From the IMG/VR virus record IMGVR_UViG_3300014204_000143: a DNA stretch of 64,000 nt; one strand, given 5' to 3'. Numbering within the stretch: the first letter of the stretch is position 1; every line of letters starts with the position of its first letter. The notes beneath the pieces are model-generated. The model ran no database searches. It had not been told where the DNA came from and saw only the letters and a list, made by a program, of their open reading frames with translations. The position numbers and the translations under genes were made by a program. Origin of the DNA: a virus (Duplodnaviria > Heunggongvirae > Uroviricota > Caudoviricetes). Below, in pieces: positions 29,326 to 40,987 of this stretch.

Positions 29326-30518
29326 TTTATAGATAAATTAATTTCATGAGTTGCGACTATTCCACGTTTAGGTGATAAAGCTATGAGTGTTTGTGAAACA
29401 GAACTCTTTAATCCTAGAACCTCTTCAGCAAATCCATCGTGGTCTAACCACGTACCACTTACTATACACCTAAAGTTATTCCAAGTAAAAGCAATAGAGC
29501 TGTGTACGTGTCCTAGTAACATATACTCCCAGGATTCTTCAAGACTTCCACTCCACCTTTGACCACGTTCTTTAATCCCATAAAACGGTAGATTCATCCA
29601 ACTCTTAATCTGATTACCATGAACCATTAGAAATCCCCTATCATAAATAGTCATGACATTTTTCCAGTCCCAACTAATATTCCAGTCTATCTTTTTATTT
29701 TTTACAAGTGATAGTTTTAAAGTTTCTGCAAAGATTGTATCAAAATTTAAGTCTTTAGAAGAAAACTTAGTGACATTGCCGTGGTTACCAGGGCAAGTAT
29801 AGATATGTATTTTTTTAAAATGTTTTGAAAGATTATTAAAGAGTTTACAGAATGTTGGAATCCCATAACTAAAAATCTGGTCCATCAAAAAGAATGACTG
29901 TTCGTAAGCCTGTTGTGGATATATCTGTTGACCGTCAACAATATCACCAGTAATTGCAATATAGAGTTCATCAATATTAGAAGCTAACCGTCTCATTCTA
30001 GTTATCTCTACAATAGCTTCGTAGAGCACTTCTACCTTTTTTTCTAATACATCTATCGGATACTTTCCAATATGAACGTCTGTCAAATGAAGGACTAAAG
30101 ACTCCTTGTGTTTGCTACTATCTGCTGATGGAAAATATAAGTCTTCGTAGTCGTAGTCCATCTTAGGAACTATCTCTTTCAAAATGTCTATTATCATTTC
30201 GTTACCAGCCTTATCGTTCAACATTTTTCTAAACAACAAATCCTTCTCTTTATTTCTTATCTTATCTTTTTCATTGTTGATTAGATTTTCTGGATTTAAT
30301 TCTATTCCATTAAGATGTTCTAACCAAACTTTTTTAAATTCTTGTGTCGTTATTTTTTTACCACATTCTTTTTCATAATAAACGCATAATCGTGCGTAGG
30401 AATTATCTGGCTTTTGTAGTTTGAGAGAGACGACAAGTTCTTTCTCTTCGGGTGTCATTTTATTTTTATTTATACGTCTACTTAATTTTTGGCGGTTGAG
30501 TATAATAGATAGGAACAA
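29322..30518 (-). CDS. Second calcineurin-like metallophosphoesterase (Mre11 / DNA-repair exonuclease family)
   Basis: HLTDVHIG, ITGDIVDG, CPGNHGN and LGHVH motifs. The start overlaps the upstream gene's stop by 4 nt. Confidence 0.55.
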   Translation of the reverse strand: MFLSIILNRQKLSRRINKNKMTPEEKELVVSLKLQKPDNSYARLCVYYEKECGKKITTQEFKKVWLEHLNGIELNPENLINNEKDKIRNKEKDLLFRKMLNDKAGNEMIIDILKEIVPKMDYDYEDLYFPSADSSKHKESLVLHLTDVHIGKYPIDVLEKKVEVLYEAIVEITRMRRLASNIDELYIAITGDIVDGQQIYPQQAYEQSFFLMDQIFSYGIPTFCKLFNNLSKHFKKIHIYTCPGNHGNVTKFSSKDLNFDTIFAETLKLSLVKNKKIDWNISWDWKNVMTIYDRGFLMVHGNQIKSWMNLPFYGIKERGQRWSGSLEESWEYMLLGHVHSSIAFTWNNFRCIVSGTWLDHDGFAEEVLGLKSSVSQTLIALSPKRGIVATHEINLSIK

Positions 30519-30637
30519 ATAAACCCATCAAATGCTCAACCAACAACAACTAACTAAACAACCGACTAGCCGTATGTACTTCACCTTGCAGTTGGTACAC
30601 ACGAACTAGCTAGTCGCTACTTACTCGATATGTGATT

Positions 30638-31129
30638 CTATTGATTAGTATAATCAACGGAAGGTAAGTCTTCTACTTCTTCGGTAACTCCAAAAGTATT
30701 TTCTAATAATTTTGCAGTTGGATGCTCTTTAATCCACTCTTCATTTATCTTATCTGGACTTGCATAAACTTTAATATCTTTGAATGGTAATGGTTGTTTT
30801 CCTTTAATCAAACCAGCAAGTTTAATTTGGACATATTGACCAAGTTGGACAAGAATCATTTGTCTATCAATTGATGCTTTTCCAGATACTGTAAATTTGT
30901 GGAGTTCTTCGTTGGCAATTCCTGGGGTTCCATCATTGATATATTCTTGACCAATCTTCAAATCAATATCATAAAGATATTGGTGATTTTTATTTAAATC
31001 CTTGTCTGCTCTTCGATTAACAAAAGTTCCTTCGAGACAATCTCCAACCTTTGTAAATTTAAAGAACTTTCTACCATCTAAATCTCCACCTTCTTCAAGT
31101 GAATCTGCTTCTGTAAACATTGATTCCAT
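30638..31129 (-). CDS. Hypothetical protein
   Basis: 163-aa ORF. Confidence 0.35.
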   Translation of the reverse strand: MESMFTEADSLEEGGDLDGRKFFKFTKVGDCLEGTFVNRRADKDLNKNHQYLYDIDLKIGQEYINDGTPGIANEELHKFTVSGKASIDRQMILVQLGQYVQIKLAGLIKGKQPLPFKDIKVYASPDKINEEWIKEHPTAKLLENTFGVTEEVEDLPSVDYTNQ

Positions 31130-31144
31130 AATTTTTTTATTTAA

Positions 31145-31831
31145 CTATTTAGTTTTTTCTTCTTCCAATAATCCGTCACAAACTTCAGTCTTGAAGTCTG
31201 TTCCATATTTGTTTAATAACCAACCAAGAAATACTTTTTGTCCATCTTCAGTAAGAATACCGTCGCCGTTAGTGATTTCTAATTTTCTAAATGTTTTTTC
31301 AGGTTCTTTTAGAAATGCCTGAACAAATTTCTCTTTGATGTTCATAGTTTTATTATTTAATTGATTTATAATTTCTATTCTTCCACAATATCCTTCTGCT
31401 CCCCATTCACCATTAGCATGACCTTTATTTATATCCCACCCACATCCATAACCTGGAATATTTTTACCACGACCTATTTTACCGTCATCTCTTTTAATTG
31501 TTGCAATATCTCCTTCAATGTCAAAAACAGTTCCAGTATATGTTCCACCAGCATTATAAATTCCTTTTATTCTATCACCTACTTTTAATGTTATTTTTTC
31601 AAATTGTTCATCTGCATATTCAAGATATGACCAAGAGCAAGAAGCAGCTCTTCTACTACTATCAACTTTACCAGTTTCTGCAAAATAAAAACATGGGTTA
31701 CTTGTATTGTCATCTAGATAAAGTTTTACTACATCACCCCTTTTAAATGGTTCACAAACACTAACTATAACACGGAACTTTCTATTTACATCAATTCCTA
31801 ATTCTGTAGCTGTTTTATTTGGTTCAAACAT
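31145..31831 (-). CDS. Hypothetical protein whose N-terminal domain is paralogous to ORF 40031..40987
   Basis: MFEPNKTATELGIDVNRKFRVIV here versus NTFEPNKTATELGIDLTRKFRVVV in the 318-aa ORF. Confidence 0.45.
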   Translation of the reverse strand: MFEPNKTATELGIDVNRKFRVIVSVCEPFKRGDVVKLYLDDNTSNPCFYFAETGKVDSSRRAASCSWSYLEYADEQFEKITLKVGDRIKGIYNAGGTYTGTVFDIEGDIATIKRDDGKIGRGKNIPGYGCGWDINKGHANGEWGAEGYCGRIEIINQLNNKTMNIKEKFVQAFLKEPEKTFRKLEITNGDGILTEDGQKVFLGWLLNKYGTDFKTEVCDGLLEEEKTK

Positions 31832-31858
31832 ATATTTTTTATTTTAATTTATACTCCT

Positions 31859-31906
31859 AGTTTAACATACTAAAAACACCTTGTCAAGTAGTAAACTGTG
31901 GACAAC
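31859..31906 (-). promoter_or_regulatory. Sigma70-like promoter on the minus strand (TTGACA-17 nt-TAAACT) with an upstream TTGTCCACA (DnaA-box-like) site, driving ORF 31145..31831
   Basis: Reverse complement of 31859-31887 reads TTGACAAGGTGTTTTTAGTATGTTAAACT. The element is near-identical to 47029-47076 and, inverted, to 47451-47497. Confidence 0.5.
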
Positions 31907-32619
31907 TATTTTCCAGCAACCAAATTACCAGCCCTTAAAAGTGAATTAAATGTTCCTGCATCAGTCCACCATCCCCCCAATACATGACTCCCCATAGATC
32001 CATTTTTAACAAAGTAATTATTAACATCGGTAATTTCTAATTCACCTCTGCCTGATGGTTTTAGCGTTTTGATTACATCCCATACTTCTTTGTTGTAGAA
32101 ATATAAACCAGTGACAGCTAAATTACTTTTTGGGTCTTCTGGTTTTTCTTCAATACAGACAACTTTGCCATCTTCATTTATCTCAGCTACTCCGAATCTT
32201 TGTGGGTCATCAACTATCTTTAAAAAAATATTGGCGGAGTCGGATGTGCTTTGAAAATTTCTAACAAACCCAGCAATGTCATCCTCATAAATGTTATCCC
32301 CAAGAATAACAGCGACATCTTCGTCTCCAGCAAAACGCTCACACAGTCCCAACGCTTCTGCAATCCCTCCAGCCTCTTCTTGAACCTCATAAGAAAACTT
32401 AGCACCGAATGATTTACCAGAACCAAGCAAGTCTAAAAAGTTACCAGCGTTCCCCTTACCAGAAACAATCATGATTTCATTTATCCCTGACTTTGTTAGA
32501 GTTTCGATTGGATAATAAATCATCGGTTTGTCATACACTGGCAGTAAATGCTTGTTAAAAATACGAGTGCATTCACCCAGCCTACTACCAGTCCCTCCTG
32601 CGAGAATAATTCCCTTCAT
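31906..32619 (-). CDS. rmlA: Glucose-1-phosphate thymidylyltransferase (RmlA-like sugar nucleotidyltransferase, short form)
   Basis: MKGIILAGGTGSRL...LLPVYDKPMIYYPIETL..., ...EEKP..PKSNLAVTGLYFY and ...GELEITD.. match the RmlA family along the whole length. Confidence 0.8.
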   Translation of the reverse strand: MKGIILAGGTGSRLGECTRIFNKHLLPVYDKPMIYYPIETLTKSGINEIMIVSGKGNAGNFLDLLGSGKSFGAKFSYEVQEEAGGIAEALGLCERFAGDEDVAVILGDNIYEDDIAGFVRNFQSTSDSANIFLKIVDDPQRFGVAEINEDGKVVCIEEKPEDPKSNLAVTGLYFYNKEVWDVIKTLKPSGRGELEITDVNNYFVKNGSMGSHVLGGWWTDAGTFNSLLRAGNLVAGK

Positions 32620-32623
32620 AGTT

Positions 32624-33115
32624 TTATTTTTTATTAGTTAAAATATACAACTTTATTTTTTGTATAATGTTTTTAAATTTATATGCTATAATTCTCCACC
32701 ATGTCCAATAAGAAACAACTTCAGCATAAGTTTTTTCTATTATATCTTTATCTATTCCTTTAAATAATTCTTTTTTAATAAAATCAACTACAGCTTTTGG
32801 TAATATTTCTTTATAATCTTCTCCACCCAAAAGAGTCCAATAACACATACTTCCTTCTAATATTGATGGTTCATAAATTTCGTGAATCCAAATCCCTCTC
32901 CATCTTTTTCCTTCTAATAATTTTAAAAGTCTAGCTGGACTATCTACTTGACTAAAATCTGGAGTTATTCCAAAGTCGCTTTTATTAAAGAACGCCTCTT
33001 CAGCTGTTATTATTTTTTTACCGTGCGGATTACCTTCATAATTTTTTGGTATATAAAACTCGATAGACTCTAAGTCTTTTTTTCTTGATGGAGTTAATTT
33101 AAATTTTTTTAACAT
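32624..33115 (-). CDS. Hypothetical protein
   Basis: 163-aa ORF. No cupin/RmlC motifs recognised. Confidence 0.35.
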   Translation of the reverse strand: MLKKFKLTPSRKKDLESIEFYIPKNYEGNPHGKKIITAEEAFFNKSDFGITPDFSQVDSPARLLKLLEGKRWRGIWIHEIYEPSILEGSMCYWTLLGGEDYKEILPKAVVDFIKKELFKGIDKDIIEKTYAEVVSYWTWWRIIAYKFKNIIQKIKLYILTNKK

Positions 33116-33307
33116 AATTTTATTCTATTTCTTTTCCTATTTTAAATATTTTTACTAGTTCGAATTCATCAAAGTCTTCAAAATAACCTGCCTTAATTTT
33201 AGCATCTCTGTCATCTTCTGCATAAATATCTTTTGTTATTTCTCTTCCATTACCTGTCATTGTTGGATACCTAAGTAATACTCTATAAACATTCATAGTT
33301 TTATTTT

Positions 33308-34216
33308 TTATTTAATTAAGTCTTCTATATCTATTCCGTGAGTTTGATACCACCAATCTCTATCTTTATCTTTATTGTTTTCTTTTAATCTATTGTATTT
33401 TAACAATATTTTATTTTGCCTATTAATTTCTTCTTTAAAAAATGGAATATCAAAATCATTGTTACTTTTATATAACTCTCTCAATATTTTTCTTAATACG
33501 TATCCTTGTTTAGTGTTACTTGGTTTATATCCAGCCTCAATTATTTTTAAAGCACATTCTTTTAATAAATCTATTTTATTATTTTTTATAATTCCATTAA
33601 CAATACTATCTAGTCTTTCATATCCAAATCCAACATCTATACATGTTCCAAGTGGATTAACAATATTACCAATTTCTATTCCTTTGTGATAAAATTCTGT
33701 ACAATATCCCCCAATATTACCATCTGACCAAAGACACTCGTTATCAATTTTAACTTTTATTTTATGTTTTTTATAAAAGTTATCCCATTCTTTTTTATCT
33801 TGATGAACAGTTGCGTGGTCTATTTTAATGCCAATTCTTTTCATAAATTCAACAAAAAAATCAATTGCCATTTCTACCGACATATCCCTAAAAGAAAACA
33901 ATCCAATCATATTAAAATATGCTAAATGAGTTCCATCTCCAATTTCATTAAAATCATTTAACCTAATACAACTTTGGATATTAGCTCTTGTGCCATAATA
34001 ATTAGTATCAATAAAATTACTTTTAAACTGTTGCATTCCAGCTGGACAAAATAAGGTTGTAGTATCATAAGGAGAAACAGAATTATTAACACTAAATGGT
34101 ATGTTGTTTTCTCTACAAAGTTCACTATAGATTTTTATTATATCCATATTCTTAATTAAGTCTTCTATTTTTTTCGTTAAGAAGCATTTGTTTAATCTTA
34201 CCATCATCAAAGGCAT
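33308..34216 (-). CDS. Alanyl-tRNA synthetase catalytic-core homologue. It is truncated and lacks the tRNA-recognition, editing and C-Ala domains.
   Basis: Block-by-block match to the AlaRS N-terminus: SPYDTTTLFCPAGMQQFK (DPTLLFTNAGMNQFK), QSCIR (QRCVR), HLAYFNMIGLFSFRD (HHTFFEMLGNFSFGD), ECLWSDGNIGGYCTEFYH ([20 protein letters not shown]), IEIGNIV (IEIWNIV) and IDVGFGYERL (VDTGMGLERI). Confidence 0.65.
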   Translation of the reverse strand: MPLMMVRLNKCFLTKKIEDLIKNMDIIKIYSELCRENNIPFSVNNSVSPYDTTTLFCPAGMQQFKSNFIDTNYYGTRANIQSCIRLNDFNEIGDGTHLAYFNMIGLFSFRDMSVEMAIDFFVEFMKRIGIKIDHATVHQDKKEWDNFYKKHKIKVKIDNECLWSDGNIGGYCTEFYHKGIEIGNIVNPLGTCIDVGFGYERLDSIVNGIIKNNKIDLLKECALKIIEAGYKPSNTKQGYVLRKILRELYKSNNDFDIPFFKEEINRQNKILLKYNRLKENNKDKDRDWWYQTHGIDIEDLIK

Positions 34217-35519
34217 TCAACGCCCAGTCAAGATAATAACTTGGTAACTTAGTCACGTGCGTTCCTTTAAACTTTCCAAATGGGATAATGTCACCTTTTG
34301 AATACTCAACTTCAACCTTATTTTTATAATCTGTATTCTCTAAATCTATATTATTAAAAAAGTCAAAACCAGTTAGAAAACTAGAATTACTTTTTAATCT
34401 CGGTAAACCATTAACAAAAATAATTGAAAATGTTTCTATCCTGCCAAACTTATTAACATTTCCACACAAATCTATTACTCTCGCTATTTTTTTATCTGGT
34501 GCAATACGCAGAACTCTTCCTATCATTTGTTGAAAAAGTGCTATTGATTGAGTTGGTCTAGCAAGAATACAACAGTCAAGTTCTGGGAAGTCATAACCAA
34601 CTGTCATTGTCTGGCAATTGGATACAACTTTTATTTCTCCTTCCTTAAACTGTCTTAATATTTCTGCTCGTTCTTTCTTTGGAGTTTCTGCTGAAATAGT
34701 CCCTGAACTAATTCCAATTAAATTAAGCCTATCTCTTAAACTTTCGGCTTCAGCCACAGATGATAAAAAAACTAAAATGTGTTTTGAATTTTCTTTTTCA
34801 ATACATCGTTTGACAACCTCAACTATTTCTACGCTTTCATTATATATTTTTAAAGACTTTTCATCAAACCCCAAACCAGTCGAATTTAATTTAATCTGAC
34901 TCCTGTCATATCCTTGGTAAATTGAATATTCAACTGGACAAAGAAATCCCTGTTCATACAAATCTGAAATCTGGGTCAAGTGAATTATCTTTTTAAAAAG
35001 TTTTGGACGAGTACGATTTAAAAACTTAGCCACTACCGATAACATTCCAGAGTTCATATCTCGATAAGAGTGCATCCGATATGGGGTAGCTGTGAGTCCA
35101 ATCACTTTCCCACCAAAGAAATCAATCATTTGTTTATACATTCCAAATTTAGCGTTGGTGAGTTGAGCTTCATCTATTAAGAGGTGAGAAAAATCATTAA
35201 ACAGTTCTTTCTTCTTATAAATACTCCCAACCGTAGCGAAGGTAATTTTACCGATGTCTTTGCGACCCATCGAGGCTGAATAAATTCCAATGTCGGTTTC
35301 TCCATAAGCCAACATCTTTTCGTAATTTTGTTCTAGAAGTTCTTTTGATGGTTGGAGAATTAAAATATTTCCATCTAATTGTCTGGCGATATTAGCGATG
35401 ATTAAAGATTTTCCTGAGGCAGTTGGAGCAACAATAATAGCACCTTCGTTTAAATTGCTATTCATGAATTCTACACCAGCTTTTACGGCTTCTTCTTGAT
35501 ATGGTCTAAGTTTATACAT
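34152..35519 (-). CDS. Superfamily-2 DNA/RNA helicase (DEAD/DEAH-like, restriction-enzyme res-subunit-like fold)
   Basis: Motif I APTASGKS, motif II LLIDEAQ, motif III GLTATP, motif VI QMIGRVLR. Confidence 0.75.
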   Translation of the reverse strand: MYKLRPYQEEAVKAGVEFMNSNLNEGAIIVAPTASGKSLIIANIARQLDGNILILQPSKELLEQNYEKMLAYGETDIGIYSASMGRKDIGKITFATVGSIYKKKELFNDFSHLLIDEAQLTNAKFGMYKQMIDFFGGKVIGLTATPYRMHSYRDMNSGMLSVVAKFLNRTRPKLFKKIIHLTQISDLYEQGFLCPVEYSIYQGYDRSQIKLNSTGLGFDEKSLKIYNESVEIVEVVKRCIEKENSKHILVFLSSVAEAESLRDRLNLIGISSGTISAETPKKERAEILRQFKEGEIKVVSNCQTMTVGYDFPELDCCILARPTQSIALFQQMIGRVLRIAPDKKIARVIDLCGNVNKFGRIETFSIIFVNGLPRLKSNSSFLTGFDFFNNIDLENTDYKNKVEVEYSKGDIIPFGKFKGTHVTKLPSYYLDWALNAFDDGKIKQMLLNEKNRRLN

Positions 35520-35747
35520 TTATAATTTATTTAAATCAATGTCGTCTAGCTTGACTCCGAGTTTAATAAAGTGTCTAATTTTTTTTACACGTTCATAGTC
35601 CTTAATCCTATCAAACACATAATTAAGTCCGATAATTGATTTTGGTAGTAAGAGTCCCATTCTAACATAAATCTTAATCCTCTCAGAAGACACTCCACAT
35701 TTTTTTGCTAATTCTTTAGTTGTCATGCAGTCATCAACATCTAACAT
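35520..35747 (-). CDS. Small HTH DNA-binding protein
   Basis: MTTKELAKKCGVSSERIKIYVRMGLL is an HTH of the MerR / excisionase-like type. Confidence 0.4.
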   Translation of the reverse strand: MLDVDDCMTTKELAKKCGVSSERIKIYVRMGLLLPKSIIGLNYVFDRIKDYERVKKIRHFIKLGVKLDDIDLNKL

Positions 35748-35757
35748 ATTATTTAAT

Positions 35758-36660
35758 TTATTTATTATTCCAGCGTTCTTTCAAAATAATTCTATTATTA
35801 TCTATCATTTTTCTAATTTCTGGTTCATTTTTAATCTTGCTCATTGAACATCCTCCAACATGAAGCGTTCTAAACTCAGACGTTCTATAGGTTTCATAAC
35901 CCAACATTCTCATTTCTTTCCAAAGATTTCTATCCTCACCAAATCCAACTTTATAATCTTCATCATAAAATTGATAACCATCTCTTAGGTTAGAAATTTT
36001 ATTTGCTAATTCTTTAGTAAACATAAAGAAACTTCCCATTTCTGCTCCTGGTTCTTTAATATCTTTGTGTGGAAGATTTATTTGTTCTTTTTTTAAATTG
36101 ATTGATTTGTAAAAATCAAGTCTTCCTTTTTCATTTAAACAATCTGTCTGATAACACGATTTTATAAGATTGCTCATAAGGGCTCCAATTGGTTTTTCAA
36201 ATTGAGGATTATTAGATTCAAAATCTTTTATCATACTCTCAACCCAACCATCCCAAACTACAATATCATTATTGGCAGCAACTATATAAGGACACCTAGA
36301 AAGTGCTATTCCTTGATTCATTGCCTTTCCAAATCCTAAATTATCTGTATTTTTAATTAGAATATCTGCTTGTGCAAAATATTCAGATGGTGTAAAAAAT
36401 TCATCTCTCTCGGTAAATTTCCATGAACAGTTTGGATTTAAAAATTCATCTAATACTTCATCATCAGTTAGTCTACTTCCATTATCAATAATGATATATT
36501 CTACTAATTCTCTTGGTGTGTTTTCCAGCATTCTTTTTAAACAAATAGAAGCTATCATCCAAGTTTCATATTTACCATATTTACCACAATGTTCTGGTAA
36601 AAACCAACTTGGAATAACAATACTTACTTTCTTTTTATTTTTTTCAAAATTATTTCCCAT
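35758..36660 (-). CDS. Family-2 glycosyltransferase
   Basis: KVSIVIPSW... then YIIIDNGS... then NLGFGKAMNQG...ANNDIV, the GT-A/GT2 hallmark order. Confidence 0.6.
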   Translation of the reverse strand: MGNNFEKNKKKVSIVIPSWFLPEHCGKYGKYETWMIASICLKRMLENTPRELVEYIIIDNGSRLTDDEVLDEFLNPNCSWKFTERDEFFTPSEYFAQADILIKNTDNLGFGKAMNQGIALSRCPYIVAANNDIVVWDGWVESMIKDFESNNPQFEKPIGALMSNLIKSCYQTDCLNEKGRLDFYKSINLKKEQINLPHKDIKEPGAEMGSFFMFTKELANKISNLRDGYQFYDEDYKVGFGEDRNLWKEMRMLGYETYRTSEFRTLHVGGCSMSKIKNEPEIRKMIDNNRIILKERWNNK

Positions 36661-36671
36661 AGTTCTTTTAA

Positions 36672-37208
36672 TTAAAGTTTTTTAGATTGACTGTTTATTT
36701 TTTTCCAAAAATCATCGTTTTCTTTTAACCATTTTTTAGTTTCTTCACTATCTTCAATTACTACATTTATTATTGATAGCAGTATACATTCTAACCTATA
36801 TCCCATAATTGGTAAGTCTTTTAAAAGATAGTTTAAAACTTCTTTTTTATAACTATCAAATGTAAATTCATAATCGGAAGATGTGTCTTCAAATTCTTTT
36901 TCCAATGCTTCTAACTCTTGATTAAGTCCATTGCATTTACTTGTACATTTTTTAATTCTAAATACAGTTTCTTCGTCGTTTACTTCGTATGTAAGACTTT
37001 GACTCTCCCAAAAATTATATGGAGATGGGGTTTCATAAAAAAGATAGTCAATTAAATATAAAGTAAGTGTATACCTACCGTAATCTCCTTCTCCATTTCC
37101 TCTGATAAATATTCCTCCTTCAGATAAACCAAGAGGAAATCTGTATCCCAATGATCTATTTTCGTCTTCAGTTATTTTTACGTCAACTCCATCTATTAAT
37201 TTATACAT
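36672..37208 (-). CDS. Hypothetical protein
   Basis: 178-aa ORF. Confidence 0.35.
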   Translation of the reverse strand: MYKLIDGVDVKITEDENRSLGYRFPLGLSEGGIFIRGNGEGDYGRYTLTLYLIDYLFYETPSPYNFWESQSLTYEVNDEETVFRIKKCTSKCNGLNQELEALEKEFEDTSSDYEFTFDSYKKEVLNYLLKDLPIMGYRLECILLSIINVVIEDSEETKKWLKENDDFWKKINSQSKKL

Positions 37209-37217
37209 ATTTATTTA

Positions 37218-37556
37218 TTAAAGCTGAAAATACTTATAAGACAATTTTCCACAATAAACACATTCTTTAATTTCTACTACATAACAATTATTATTATCCC
37301 CTAAGGTTTTTATTTTTATTGTCTTGTATTTATGGTCTTCTTCTTTTTCACACAATAATTTTTTATTTTTAAAATCTACAATATTATCAAGTAATTCTTT
37401 AATGTTATAATCATCTGCAATATCTAATGGTCTCCATCCTTCATTTAATACTTCAATAATTTCTTTATTTAAATCATCATCATTAAAGGAAAAAATTTTG
37501 TATTTTGTGTCATCTTCTTTAAGAATAGATTCTTTTTTTAAGGGTTTATAGTACAT
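37218..37556 (-). CDS. Hypothetical protein
   Basis: 112-aa ORF. Confidence 0.35.
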   Translation of the reverse strand: MYYKPLKKESILKEDDTKYKIFSFNDDDLNKEIIEVLNEGWRPLDIADDYNIKELLDNIVDFKNKKLLCEKEEDHKYKTIKIKTLGDNNNCYVVEIKECVYCGKLSYKYFQL

Positions 37557-37568
37557 AATTTTATTTAA

Positions 37569-39408
<1,840 letters not shown>

Positions 39409-39508
39409 TTATTTTAGTTTAATAAATATTTTACAGACAATCAACGTAAGCAATCCCAAAAAAATCATTGGAAGAGTTACTATTAAAATCATCTTTAAAA
39501 TTAACATA

Positions 39509-39769
39509 CTAATTAATAACAGCAATAATGTTATCAATGTGAATATAGGAATACTTATCATTCTCATAAGTAAATTCCCCAAGAGCGTGTTCATGAAAGA
39601 CAATCAAACTTCCAACTTTTAAATTTTTAAACTTTTCGTTTGTTGTTTCTGGCAGACTAGTTATTTCCCCAATCGATTTATGTTCCTCACTTTGAGATAG
39701 AACAAGTCCAGAAGTTGTTTCGTTTTTTTTGATTTTGACAAGCACGTTGTCGTTTAGTGGTGTAATCAT
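39509..39769 (-). CDS. groES: Co-chaperonin GroES (Hsp10)
   Basis: MITPLNDNVLVK...TTSGLVL...VGSLIVF..., ~86 aa, directly upstream of groL. The internal Met at 39769 is preferred over the longer track ORF. Confidence 0.75.
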   Translation of the reverse strand: MITPLNDNVLVKIKKNETTSGLVLSQSEEHKSIGEITSLPETTNEKFKNLKVGSLIVFHEHALGEFTYENDKYSYIHIDNIIAVIN

Positions 39770-39780
39770 AGTTTTAAGAG

Positions 39781-39972
39781 TTAAATAAAATAGTTTATAG
39801 TTTTTAAAATAAGAACAATTAGACCAGCAATAACTCCAACACAAATCACGGCAAAAATAAAACGTTCAGAATCACTTACCAGATACTCGTCCCAAAAAAC
39901 TGACAAAAAAAATTTTATTGGTTTATCTTTTTTTTCATTTAATTTCTTATACAACTTTACATACTTGTTCAT
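39781..39972 (-). CDS. Small membrane protein
   Basis: 63 aa with one hydrophobic helix (ICVGVIAGLIVLIL). Confidence 0.3.
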   Translation of the reverse strand: MNKYVKLYKKLNEKKDKPIKFFLSVFWDEYLVSDSERFIFAVICVGVIAGLIVLILKTINYFI

Positions 39973-40030
39973 AATTTTTTATTTAATTAATTTATTGGAG
40001 CCTATGAACTTCATAAGCTCTGTAAACTAA

Positions 40031-40987
40031 CTAACAATTACAACAACTCTTTTTATCTATTTCTTCACAAATACATTCAACAACTTCTTTATCAAAATTC
40101 TCTAAGTTACCCTTGTCTAAAAGGTAAGTAAGCACAACTTTAGCACCGTTGTCTGTAATAACACCTCTGTCGTCTAGAATCCCAGCTTTTGTTCTGGATT
40201 TTCTTGGTTCTCCCATAAAAATCTGGGAGAATGTTGTCAATGGATTTTCCATAGTTTTATTATTATTTATTAAACTTTTATTATTTAAAAATGCTTTAAC
40301 GCTAACAAATTTGCGATTATTATTATATTCAGCACCACTCCACTTAGTGGTTCCAAAATGAATCAGTCTATCTCCTTTACCAACATCTACTACAATATAA
40401 GTATCTGTTCCATATGTTTCCCACCCATTTTCTAATTTAGTCGGGTTAGCTCCACTAGCCCATTTATAGTTAGTATTATTCTCTAACCACTCACAAATAT
40501 TATCCCAGTCTTCACTTGTTTCGCATAGAAACACGTAATCGGTAACATCATTTTTTTCTGCATAAACCTCATCTGCATATTCAAGTTGACTCCAATAAGC
40601 ACAACACGCCCACTTTTCTTCTGTGGGGTGTTTTTCACGATTACTTCTATTGGCGGTTAAATTCCAGAAATAAGGTTTTTCAGAAGTATCATCTAGGTCT
40701 ATCTCAAGAATATCTCCAATTTTTACACTCCACATTAGGTTTTCAACAACAACTCTAAATTTTCTAGTTAAGTCTATTCCTAATTCTGTAGCTGTTTTAT
40801 TTGGTTCAAATGTATTATTAACTAATTTTAATTCATCTTCGGTATGCCAACCAAAAACACAAACATCAACTCCCATAATAAGATATTCATTTCCTTTTAT
40901 TTCTTGTATTATTCCCTTAAAAGTTAAACCGTCATTATTTTTTTCTGCATAAACATAATCTCCTACTTTAAACATATATTTAATCAA
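40031..40987 (-). CDS. Hypothetical protein, paralogue of 31145..31831 over the FEPNKTATELGID domain. C-terminus is Cys-rich.
   Basis: Shared 25-aa near-identical block. Ends ...KKSCCNC. Confidence 0.45.
   Translation of the reverse strand: MIKYMFKVGDYVYAEKNNDGLTFKGIIQEIKGNEYLIMGVDVCVFGWHTEDELKLVNNTFEPNKTATELGIDLTRKFRVVVENLMWSVKIGDILEIDLDDTSEKPYFWNLTANRSNREKHPTEEKWACCAYWSQLEYADEVYAEKNDVTDYVFLCETSEDWDNICEWLENNTNYKWASGANPTKLENGWETYGTDTYIVVDVGKGDRLIHFGTTKWSGAEYNNNRKFVSVKAFLNNKSLINNNKTMENPLTTFSQIFMGEPRKSRTKAGILDDRGVITDNGAKVVLTYLLDKGNLENFDKEVVECICEEIDKKSCCNC

Noticed and set aside
32624-33115. RmlC (dTDP-sugar epimerase) downstream of rmlA
   Set aside because: No cupin/RmlC motifs were recognisable, so it is left as hypothetical.
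39409-39603. 64-aa hydrophobic ORF overlapping groES
   Set aside because: It overlaps the conserved GroES reading frame, so the GroES frame takes precedence.
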